Assembly: GCA_039805285.1 (NCBI GenBank)
Contig: JBDLUO010000057.1
Location: 1-40,415, forward strand
DNA: 40,415 nucleotides
Reading direction: 5' to 3'
DNA from: Bacteroidota bacterium
GTDB lineage: Bacteria > Bacteroidota > Bacteroidia > Chitinophagales > Chitinophagaceae
Under the pieces are notes generated by a model. The model was not told the DNA's origin and searched no databases. It saw nothing but the letters and a program-made list of their open reading frames with translations. The position numbers were made by a program, and so were the translations under genes. Positions 1 through 8,011 of this stretch are shown here, piece by piece (the stretch's first letter is position 1; every line of letters begins with the position of its first letter).

Positions 1-93
1 CTGATCTAAAACGGAATCAATTGCTCTTTTGACGTACGTAAAATCTGTATTGTACAGCGCCATCAACACGGATACTTTTCCTTTCTTGAACAT
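1..93 (-). CDS. Glycosyltransferase family 2, N-terminus only (runs off the left edge)
   Basis: Manual translation from ATG at 93 gives MFKKGKVSVLMALYNTDFTYVKRAIDSVLDQ, matching the GT2 start 'VSV.M..YN....l..ai.Svl.Q'. Not in the ORF track. A -7 box TACCTTTG lies on the minus strand at 164-171. Confidence 0.85.
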   Translation of the reverse strand, partial: MFKKGKVSVLMALYNTDFTYVKRAIDSVLDQ

Positions 94-475
94 AAGTTGT
101 ATGGTTTAGGTTTCCCTAAACACTAAATTTTTCCTGAATGATTAAACTTTAAAATGCTTTATTCAAAGGTAAACTATAAAAATAGCAATGAAAGAAGATT
201 AGATGAATTTGCTGTTAATACTTAAGGATTGATGCAATCATTTTTTAATGCCATTTTTGATGTTAATGCATGTGACTCATGCACTTTCTTTGGCTTCATC
301 AATGAGCATCTAAATGTGTTTTTAAATATGTACTTAATTGTCGCTTTGTAAGTATGTGATGCTAAAGGCTGTATTTGCAATAATTGGCAGACTTTATTTT
401 CGTGAATGGTTTATACATTCAATTTCTAATGCTAAAAAAGTCGAGTAATATTGAAGTAGTCTATCGTGATAGTTC

Positions 476-763
476 TTAATTTTTTGAAGCTATTCTTTTT
501 CTTCCCAACAAAAAATAAATGAGACCCGTAAACCCACCCATAAAAATAAAACCAATGGTCCACATGGTCTTTTCTCTATGGTCAATGCGATTAGAAGTCC
601 TTATTTCATAGATAGCACTAACGATGAAAATCAATGTCGCTAAAATCCCAATCATTAAAGCGTTATCAGAACCATCTGCATGGGTTATTTTCAGATAAGC
701 CCCAATGATCGTGATGATGAAACTGATTACAAAACTCCATTTTACAAGGGTTCCTAATTTCAT
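476..763 (-). CDS. Small membrane protein with a C-terminal PLDc_N-like segment
   Basis: 95 aa with 3-4 hydrophobic helices. The C-terminal 'EKTMWTIGFIFMGGFTGLIYFLLGRK' resembles the PLDc_N pattern K..W......p..G...Y...G. Confidence 0.6.
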   Translation of the reverse strand: MKLGTLVKWSFVISFIITIIGAYLKITHADGSDNALMIGILATLIFIVSAIYEIRTSNRIDHREKTMWTIGFIFMGGFTGLIYFLLGRKRIASKN

Positions 764-795
764 GGTTTGTTTGTTTTAGTCGTTTATTTTAAACC

Positions 796-1536
796 TTATT
801 TATTATGGAAGTCATCAAGGCTTTCACCAATTGTATAACCGGAAATCAACAAAGGCAGCGTATCAGGAGCCGTTTCAAAAAAAGACAATTTTCCCAATTC
901 AATTTCTTTATCCAGTTCAGGTTTGGATAAAAATTGATGGGCAACATCAAGGTAGGTGCCATTTAATAAATGCCTGAATTCATGCTGAAAAATTACGGCA
1001 GCAAAACCGTCCAGTCTACCAGTAAGCGTTTCTCCTGTTTCACTTTGTGCCTGATATTCAATCCATTCATATGTGGCAACATTTCCTCTTTTTTCACCGT
1101 GTGCACTCAAGCATCCATGCCAGAAATTTTTCTTTCCAGGCGATACATTGGTAATTACCGGATTGATAAAGATTTGTTTGGGAACCGGACCCAACACCTT
1201 GTAACGTGGATTATCGGCCTTCGCTTCGATGATGAAAATCTGCAACCTTTTTCCGATCTGATTGGCCGCAATACCTACTCCCGATTTTTTTGTCATAACC
1301 GCATACATACTATTTATGAATGCGCTCAAGATCGGTGTATTGAATTCATCTTTTGTTATTTTTCGCGGAGGCAAGTACAATGCACTTTTTTCTCTTCCGT
1401 TTTGATTCGCTGGTATTTGTTGAAGCACTTCCATTTCATCTTTTGAAACATTCAGCGTCAACGATTCATCGATTGTGTTACAACTTTTTATTCCCATTGC
1501 AGTTATTAGTGTTAGAATAAGGATAGCGTTTTGCAT
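796..1536 (-). CDS. Atypical peptide deformylase-family protein with a possible lipoprotein signal
   Basis: PDF motifs GVGIAANQIG, HGCLS (canonical EGCLS) and QHEFRH (canonical QHExDH). The likely start is ATG 1536 (MQNAILILTLITAMGIKS-C); the track's TTG at 1575 is an alternative. A -7 box TATGTTTG lies at 1631-1638. Confidence 0.8.
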   Translation of the reverse strand: MQNAILILTLITAMGIKSCNTIDESLTLNVSKDEMEVLQQIPANQNGREKSALYLPPRKITKDEFNTPILSAFINSMYAVMTKKSGVGIAANQIGKRLQIFIIEAKADNPRYKVLGPVPKQIFINPVITNVSPGKKNFWHGCLSAHGEKRGNVATYEWIEYQAQSETGETLTGRLDGFAAVIFQHEFRHLLNGTYLDVAHQFLSKPELDKEIELGKLSFFETAPDTLPLLISGYTIGESLDDFHNK

Positions 1537-1790
1537 GTTGGTATACGAAAGTGTTTGTTTGATATTTGAAGACAATTATCGATTGGCTTGTTTTCCAATC
1601 GTTAGATATGTCGTTGAATCTTTATTGCGTCAAACATAGAAATTATCTTTGAATTGGATGGATCTTTTTTCCGAAGCTTTGGGGATTAATTAATAAAGTG
1701 TTCTATTTTTTATAACTCAACTTTAAAAAATACATAAAATGATAGCTGTTTACATTTCTGACCTGTCGCATTGAATATATCAATTCTCAT

Positions 1791-4109
1791 CTAGGTAATA
1801 CCCATCATTTCCGAAACAATCGATGCCACTTCTTTAGCAGCATCATTAGGTAAATATGCCGTATCACTAATGCCAGAAACAACGCGTGTAATGTCGTGAT
1901 CGACCTTGCCACGAGAATGCCAATTTGATGCTGATGTAGCAGTAATATAGACTGAAAAATTGCGGTGTATCGTGCCAGGACGCTCGCCTATTATATGTAT
2001 TACACTGTGCTTTTTCAATTGTTCCTTTCCAAAAAGATGCTCTCCAATTTCGTACCCTGCTCGTACACGTCCGTTGCGAATCACAATAGGCGATTCAGCA
2101 ATAGATAAATTCTGTGAAGTCAGATTTTGGTAAAGAGAAGGAAGAAATGTTTCGAGATGTCCTTCATCCATAAGCGATTGGGCATTCAAACCTTCCGAAA
2201 TGATGATCTGCACATCTGGTAAACTCTTTTTGAACTTTTTACGTAACCCTTGAATTACCCTTACGCTTTCTTGTGAAATGCGCTCTCCGCTAGCAGGATG
2301 ATAAACATAGTCAATTCTGTTCGTCGACTTAGACTGTATCACTACAGCATTTCTTATGGACTTCAAATAAGGCGTCTCCCATTCTGTCCATAAACAATAT
2401 TTGGCGTCTTTGTATAGTGCCTGTATTTCGCGATCGAGTGAAGGTTGCAATTGCCAGATCTTTTCTCCAAATCCTTCAGCAATAGGAACTCCACGTTTAC
2501 GAACCCGCTCAATGGCAGCTTTGCCCTCCAACAATATTGTTTCATCGCTGCGTAAATCGCCTTTTGCCCTACAATAGCGCAAATAGACTTGGGTGGGTTG
2601 ACCAAAAAAAGCTGTTGGTTTATTGTCTGCGCCAATCACATCGATGCGCTTAAAAAACGCCCACATCGCATCATTTACTTTGTAACCAAATTGCTCACGC
2701 ACCCGAACGTGGTCGGCAAATGAAGTGGTAAGATAGCTGAGCATTGGATCATTTTTCGTAGGCAGCGCCATCAGATAGGCTGGATTCGCTGGCATAACCT
2801 GATCGATGCACCAATCCAAATCATCCAGACTCACATCCATATGAAGCGTTGTGCAAATGTCGAGTCCAATGGTAAGTCCATGAAGCTTGCCCATTACAAG
2901 ATCTTCGAGGCAACAACGTACGAGTTGTTCCTTGGTACGAAATACTTCTGGACCAATGAAACCTGCTACATTATTGAGAAATACCCAGGGTTCCGTATTG
3001 TTATTTTTTTGCTTGATGATGCGTTGCTTCAATGCACGTAAGAAGCCGTATTTGCGTGACTCGTGTACAACCATATCAAACCCCTCACCGTGTCCGTTAG
3101 TGGCATCGGCACCTTGTCCTGTTTCTGCATAGAGTCCATACAGATTTCCTTTTCGGGCATCGGCATGCGCCTTCATTTTTTCTATGGTTACATCAAAGGT
3201 TTGATTGGCCTTCACAGTACCAGCCAGACTCTGAAACCAAACTCCAGTTGTACCTGGTTGAACCCCTTCTACTTTTGATTGTATATCTATATGTGAAAGC
3301 ACACAATTGGGCATTGTTTTTTCCAACTGAAAGGTCGTTAGCAAATCATGTAATGCTGCTTCGATACGAGCAACCATGACCGAGTCACTGGAAACAGGGT
3401 TTGTTCCAAGTACCAAATCTCCCACCCCATAAGACCAGGCATCAAATACCTGCCAAACAATATCTTCGATGTTGTCGGTCGGCGAGTTTGGTTGCACTCT
3501 TGCACTAACGTATCCTTTTGCGCCAATGTTACTGTTTGGTAGTGGATTAAAGACTTTGCTGCTGATGGTTATGAGTTCGTTATTGGACAAAAGTTTCACG
3601 ACCATAGCAATAAGATCACTTGAAAGCGATGGCATGATGCGCTTTATGGCATCTTCATCAGATTCCAAGAGGAAGTTTTTTAATTGACGGAAGTTCATAT
3701 CAATAACCTCTTTTTCAAATACGGTAGTGTTTTGAATGAGGTCATATTGTTCGTCTTTAAAAAGCGGATGAGCTAGAACGTCTGATAGTTTTGTGTTGGA
3801 AATAAGTCCGCGTGCCATTATTCTGGCAGACTCGTTTGCCGCTGCAATACCCGCAATTTCATCGCCTTCTTTAAATTCATTTGCAGCACCAACCAACTGT
3901 CTGTATAATTTTATGTCAAATCCGCCCTTAATCCGACGGATGTAAGTAAAAATATCTTCCTCATTAAGCGCGTCCTCAAAATCAATCCGCTGATGTGTTG
4001 GAAAGACTGGCATACCAAAAACTTGAGATCTGGTAAGCATCATGGAGATGCTTGCAACTCCCAATTGAAGCAGGAAATTTCGGCGTGGGTTTGGGTTTGA
4101 AATGGTCAT
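1791..4109 (-). CDS. eutBC: Fused ethanolamine ammonia-lyase large and small subunits (EutB-EutC) with a twin-arginine signal peptide
   Basis: EutB motifs RVQPNSPTD, GDLVLGTNP, FQSLAGT, ETGQG, GFIGPE, GLDICTTLH, MLSYLTTSFAD. EutC motifs EGLNA, GRVRAG, IGERPG. N-terminus PRRNFLL is followed by a hydrophobic stretch. A -7 box TACATTTG lies at 4150-4157. Confidence 0.9.
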   Translation of the reverse strand: MTISNPNPRRNFLLQLGVASISMMLTRSQVFGMPVFPTHQRIDFEDALNEEDIFTYIRRIKGGFDIKLYRQLVGAANEFKEGDEIAGIAAANESARIMARGLISNTKLSDVLAHPLFKDEQYDLIQNTTVFEKEVIDMNFRQLKNFLLESDEDAIKRIMPSLSSDLIAMVVKLLSNNELITISSKVFNPLPNSNIGAKGYVSARVQPNSPTDNIEDIVWQVFDAWSYGVGDLVLGTNPVSSDSVMVARIEAALHDLLTTFQLEKTMPNCVLSHIDIQSKVEGVQPGTTGVWFQSLAGTVKANQTFDVTIEKMKAHADARKGNLYGLYAETGQGADATNGHGEGFDMVVHESRKYGFLRALKQRIIKQKNNNTEPWVFLNNVAGFIGPEVFRTKEQLVRCCLEDLVMGKLHGLTIGLDICTTLHMDVSLDDLDWCIDQVMPANPAYLMALPTKNDPMLSYLTTSFADHVRVREQFGYKVNDAMWAFFKRIDVIGADNKPTAFFGQPTQVYLRYCRAKGDLRSDETILLEGKAAIERVRKRGVPIAEGFGEKIWQLQPSLDREIQALYKDAKYCLWTEWETPYLKSIRNAVVIQSKSTNRIDYVYHPASGERISQESVRVIQGLRKKFKKSLPDVQIIISEGLNAQSLMDEGHLETFLPSLYQNLTSQNLSIAESPIVIRNGRVRAGYEIGEHLFGKEQLKKHSVIHIIGERPGTIHRNFSVYITATSASNWHSRGKVDHDITRVVSGISDTAYLPNDAAKEVASIVSEMMGIT

Positions 4110-4364
4110 ATGCTGCGGTCCTGATTGATTTGTTCTTCTTTGTTTACAACAAATGTAGTTTTATTCACTTTCTATGTGTGCTTTTTGTTTTTTGGGGGTA
4201 CTAAAGATTTGCCGTTTCACCAAGTGATTGAGCTTTAGCATTTAAATAGTTATCTCAATTGATGTAGAGAACTAAATACTGATCGACCTAGAATTTATCT
4301 GTAAAGCACTCAACCGCAACTTTTTATTTATTCAGTGTTAATAGTTGTTTGTTTTACTATCACA

Positions 4365-4874
4365 CTACTGTTGTATTATGAGTTCCCATTTGAATGAAGT
4401 ATCGGATGCTCCAACTTTTATGAAATTGTTTTTTTGAAGCACCTTATAAGATGCAATATTCGTTTTATCTGTTGATGCAATGATTGATTTTACTGTTGGT
4501 TGTGATTTTACCCACTCGATAATTCCTCCTACAATTTCTGTCATAAATCCTTTATTCTGGAATTCCTCATACGTTCCATAGCCAATCTCAATTTCTCCAT
4601 GTGAATTTGGTTCGCCAATTATGCAAAGGTCACCAATCATTTTATTCTCTGTTTTTGAAATTGCTGTCCAAAGTGTAGAATACAAATAGTTTCTTGTTTT
4701 GTCCGCCACATTTGGAAGAATGGTTTGCTCTAATGCCTCTTTTAGTTCAGGAGAAATTGTTCTTGAAGATGTATTCAAATTTAGTTCAGCTTCCAATGAA
4801 TTGTCACATATAGCGTATTTCACCAATTGATCGTAGTTCAGTGGTTTTAATATAAGACGTTCTGTTTCTATCAT
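4365..4874 (-). CDS. GNAT N-acetyltransferase, RimJ/RimL type
   Basis: IETERLILKP start, EIGYG, FQNKGFMTE acetyl-CoA motif and NIASYKVLQKNNF. Confidence 0.88.
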   Translation of the reverse strand: MIETERLILKPLNYDQLVKYAICDNSLEAELNLNTSSRTISPELKEALEQTILPNVADKTRNYLYSTLWTAISKTENKMIGDLCIIGEPNSHGEIEIGYGTYEEFQNKGFMTEIVGGIIEWVKSQPTVKSIIASTDKTNIASYKVLQKNNFIKVGASDTSFKWELIIQQ

Positions 4875-4976
4875 TTTATAAATGTCTTTGCTGTTATATC
4901 GTTTCTTACAATGAGCGTTAATGGTTTGCGGTTTTGTTTAGTATTGATATAAGGTTAATTTATTTTTATAGAGCAA

Positions 4977-5450
4977 TTAAATAGATGTCTCTCTATATGT
5001 TAAAATCCTTTGGTCATAGTCAATCGTTAAACTTGAAATGAAGAAAGTATATTCGCTTGTGGAAGAATGTATGTGCTTTGCCTCGTAGTCTTTTACAAAA
5101 CAATTTGTCTGCTTTCTTATGTGTTCAACATACTTGATTTCTTTATCTTGAATTATGGTTTCTTTCGAACTACTTTCAATTTTATCAATAAAATTAAATA
5201 CTTCATTAAATGATTCTTCAGAAAATAGTATAGAAATATGTAAAGGACGATCAGGATGATTATTTCGTGAAATGTGTTCAATTATTTTGTATCCATCTTT
5301 AAAGTCAATTCCCAAGAATTTTTTTATTGTATTGATCGAATCAATTTCTTCATTAGGACTCATGAAGCTTCTAAATGCGAAAATCAAGCCTAAAAAAATT
5401 AACACTACTAGTAAAATCAAAATCACAATTATCCAAAGTAATGTTGCCAT
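4977..5450 (-). CDS. Hypothetical protein with an N-terminal membrane anchor
   Basis: 157-aa ORF with about 25 hydrophobic N-terminal residues. No family recognised. Confidence 0.65.
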   Translation of the reverse strand: MATLLWIIVILILLVVLIFLGLIFAFRSFMSPNEEIDSINTIKKFLGIDFKDGYKIIEHISRNNHPDRPLHISILFSEESFNEVFNFIDKIESSSKETIIQDKEIKYVEHIRKQTNCFVKDYEAKHIHSSTSEYTFFISSLTIDYDQRILTYRETSI

Positions 5451-5519
5451 TTTTTAATATTTCTTTTGCTGTATGAAATTTGCTGCTTAACGGTTTGCGG
5501 CTGCTTTATTGTTTTCGTA

Positions 5520-6044
5520 TCAGTTTGTTAGTATTAGTTTCATCATAATGTCCGTTTGTTCGTCTTCTCCAAGTTTGAAAATATGTTTATCAAACTCTAC
5601 GAAACCATTTTTTTTATAGAATCTTATTGCTCTTGGATTATATTCCCAGACTCCCAACCAAACATAGTCCGCTTTTTTGTACTTTGCTATTTCAATTGCT
5701 TTTTCATATAAAATCTGTCCTACCTTTTTGCCTTGAAATTCTTTGAGAACATAAATGCGTTCAATTTCAATAGCTTTATCGTCTTTTCGTTCGGTTTGAG
5801 ATTGCCCGAAATTGAGTTTTAAATACCCAATTATTTTTTCGTCAATTTTCGCAAAATAAAATTCTGCATTTTCATCACTCAGTTCATTTTTTATTTTGTC
5901 CGCCGAAAAAGCATTTTCCAAATAACTTTTCATGTCTTCTACTGTGTTACTTTCAGAAAATGTTTCGTAAAAAGTTTGTCGACCGATTTTTTGTAATTGG
6001 TCAACATTGTTTATTGTTACTTTTTCAATGTCAATATATTCCAT
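5520..6044 (-). CDS. GNAT N-acetyltransferase, PaiA/spermidine acetyltransferase-like
   Basis: TFYETF, GYLKLN, EIERIYV, FQGKKVG, WLGVWEYNPRAIRFYKKNGF, F.LG.D.QTD. Confidence 0.9.
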   Translation of the reverse strand: MEYIDIEKVTINNVDQLQKIGRQTFYETFSESNTVEDMKSYLENAFSADKIKNELSDENAEFYFAKIDEKIIGYLKLNFGQSQTERKDDKAIEIERIYVLKEFQGKKVGQILYEKAIEIAKYKKADYVWLGVWEYNPRAIRFYKKNGFVEFDKHIFKLGEDEQTDIMMKLILTN

Positions 6045-6079
6045 TTTATCTTTGTTAGTCGCTGTAGTAATAAGGTTTT

Positions 6080-6213
6080 TACCAACGGTTTGAAACTGTA
6101 ATAAGTTGACAATTTCGAAGTACTACACTGTCAACCAAACACAAACTTTAATAGATGTACAAAGCTTGATGTAACTGCAGAACCGCCAATTTCTTGTAGG
6201 GGCTGTTAACTGC
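6080..6213 (-). repeat. Most intact attC-like imperfect inverted repeat (about 134 nt)
   Basis: The minus strand reads GCAGTTAAC-AGCCCCTACAAGAAATTGGCGGTT ... AATTGTCAACTTATTACAG-TTTCAAACC-GTTGGTA. It has AAC/GTT core ends and imperfectly complementary arms, and sits between a stop codon and the next start. Confidence 0.7.
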
Positions 6214-6221
6214 TTTGGTTT

Positions 6222-6965
6222 TTATCGCATCCATCCTTCTATCTTGTAATTCTTACTCAATAATTTTCTTTCTAGTACTCCATTTTCGGGCTTAAACCAA
6301 ACTTCAAATCTTGCCGCATAGGGCTGACCCCAATCTCCTTCGTAAATGGTAAAATCCGATGTTGTTCCAAATTTTTTAATACTGTCTGTCGGATTAAAAA
6401 CTTTAACTGAGCTACTCTCGGTAAGTCTATCAGTTGATAAAGCAAACTCTTGTGTAATTTCAAACGCCTTCAAATAAATGGTTCCACGCTCTAATTTGTT
6501 AGTCCAAAAGTCAAATTCATATAATCCGGGTTGAAATGAATTGTATAATTGAAAGTCTATTTTATTTACAGGTCTATTTGTTATACTGTCTGGTCTATGA
6601 TCATCAAAACCAAAGTCTACTGGATTGTCTAATTGAATGTTTGTCGGGATTTTTAGATTCTTTGCCCATTCGTCTGGTCGTTCCTGTTCAATCCAAAACA
6701 TTGCTATTGCATAAAAAATGAAAGCAATAATTGTCCCGCCGAAAATGCCTAAACTTAATAAACCAGACAACCACTTCTTTCTGGTAAAAAGTTTAATTGC
6801 TGAAATGAAAACAACAAGTAACCCAAGCCCGAATAATGCAAAAGCAATATTTCCGAATGTCCTGTTTCTAAAAATTTCTGAAAGTCCATAGGTCATACAG
6901 CAAGCAAGCCAAAATAAAATGGGTCGCCACCATTTATCAAAACAGAATGTTAGAAATTTTTTCAT
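6222..6965 (-). CDS. Hypothetical membrane protein (3 N-terminal TM helices plus a soluble domain)
   Basis: 247 aa with a hydrophobic N-terminal third. The C-terminal IYEGDWGQPYAARFEVWF...KIEGWMR looks like a conserved domain, but its function is not recognised. Confidence 0.7.
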   Translation of the reverse strand: MKKFLTFCFDKWWRPILFWLACCMTYGLSEIFRNRTFGNIAFALFGLGLLVVFISAIKLFTRKKWLSGLLSLGIFGGTIIAFIFYAIAMFWIEQERPDEWAKNLKIPTNIQLDNPVDFGFDDHRPDSITNRPVNKIDFQLYNSFQPGLYEFDFWTNKLERGTIYLKAFEITQEFALSTDRLTESSSVKVFNPTDSIKKFGTTSDFTIYEGDWGQPYAARFEVWFKPENGVLERKLLSKNYKIEGWMR

Positions 6966-7139
6966 TTACTTTTAGTTAGAGGTTTGTCTACCCGCCAAAG
7001 CGTTTAAATTTGTGTGACTTGTCGTTGTGGTAGAAAAACACTACCAATACCTGGTATAATTACAATTCTTATATTTAATACAAAAGCTTCATAGATTTAC
7101 AACTCTTGCCGTATTGCCAAGTCGATGTTAGCAGCCGTA

Positions 7140-7892
7140 TTATTTCCAGAAGATGTAACTGTATTTTTCTTCAATAGTTAAACCACCTAAATCCACTTTT
7201 ATTTTAAAGGTTTTACTTTTCAAAAAACCATCCTTGTCATAGGAAAGAATATAATCAGGCTTTCCCGATTGCATAACGACAGAAATATTTCCTGATTCAT
7301 CATATTTGAATTCAGTCGTCCCTGCGCTAACGGGAGTAACAATATTGGTTTCTATGTAGGTTTCCTGAATCCCTTTTAATTTTCCATTTTTGTCATAGCT
7401 ATAAAATGAAACTCTTTTTGAACTTAATGCCGTGTCCTTAGAAAGAAATGTGATGGATTGAACTTTTCTTTTGTTTTCGTTGTAGATATTTTTCGTCAGG
7501 AATGGCAGTTCGCTTGATGTCTCTTGAATTAAGAGTGGTCCGTCATATGTTTTATAGAATATTACAGTATCAGTTCTATTAACGTCATAAGCGACATTTA
7601 TTCGTTCAATTTGGTCTCCTTGATTATTGTAAATGAAAGTGTAGTCATTCACATTTTTTAAGTTTTTGTCAAGTATTGTTTGTTTTATCAAAAATCCATT
7701 ATTATCGAAATCAAATATGGAAAATGAGGTTTTGTTACTGTCAATATCGTTTGTGACATAAACCTGTTTGATTTTATGCTCAAGAATGTAAGTCTTGTCA
7801 TAACTACCGTTAAAAAAAGCATCGGAGTCATTTAACTGACCGAAAAGTGTACCCGATAATAAGCTAAAAATTAAAGAAATACAGTATCTCAT
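7140..7892 (-). CDS. Secreted protein with YD-like repeats
   Basis: Signal peptide MRYCISLIFSLLSGTLFG. Recurrent (Y/F)D..G.L units: FDNNGFL, YNNQGDQ, YDKNGKL, YDESGNI, YDKDGFL. Confidence 0.65.
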   Translation of the reverse strand: MRYCISLIFSLLSGTLFGQLNDSDAFFNGSYDKTYILEHKIKQVYVTNDIDSNKTSFSIFDFDNNGFLIKQTILDKNLKNVNDYTFIYNNQGDQIERINVAYDVNRTDTVIFYKTYDGPLLIQETSSELPFLTKNIYNENKRKVQSITFLSKDTALSSKRVSFYSYDKNGKLKGIQETYIETNIVTPVSAGTTEFKYDESGNISVVMQSGKPDYILSYDKDGFLKSKTFKIKVDLGGLTIEEKYSYIFWK

Positions 7893-8011
7893 AGTAGAAT
7901 TTGGCTGCTAACTAGCTATCCCTACAACTCATCTCGCATATGCACATTTAGACAAGCAATATGGAGGATAGGCGAATAATTTTGTAATTGCTAAATCTAT
8001 CAATTATTTTA

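Larger units (their letters stand above)
4300..7990 (-). mobile_element. Decayed integron-like gene cassette array (five cassettes, attC-like junctions, no integrase in window)
   Basis: Five co-oriented, AT-rich, unrelated single genes. Related junction motifs at 4307-4346, 4911-4931, 5481-5507, 6080-6213, 7127-7136 and 7903-7912. Confidence 0.7.

Noticed and set aside
267-283. Palindrome TGCATG-N5-CATGCA upstream of the GT2 gene
   Set aside because: Single 6-bp arms could arise by chance, and there is no second copy or cognate regulator.
970-1446. 158-aa plus-strand ORF and the many other short antisense or nested ORFs in the track (e.g. 11084-11623, 16458-16814)
   Set aside because: They lie opposite or inside well-supported genes and show no recognisable motifs, so they are treated as shadow ORFs.
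4110-4300. Cobalamin riboswitch upstream of eutBC (and of icmF)
   Set aside because: No B12-box or GGGAA/GCCACTG-type core. The promoter boxes lie only about 40-60 nt from the start codons, leaving no room.
4300-7990. CRISPR array or IS element as explanation for the repeated junction motifs
   Set aside because: The repeats are degenerate and separated by whole genes. No cas, transposase or integrase ORF is present in the window.
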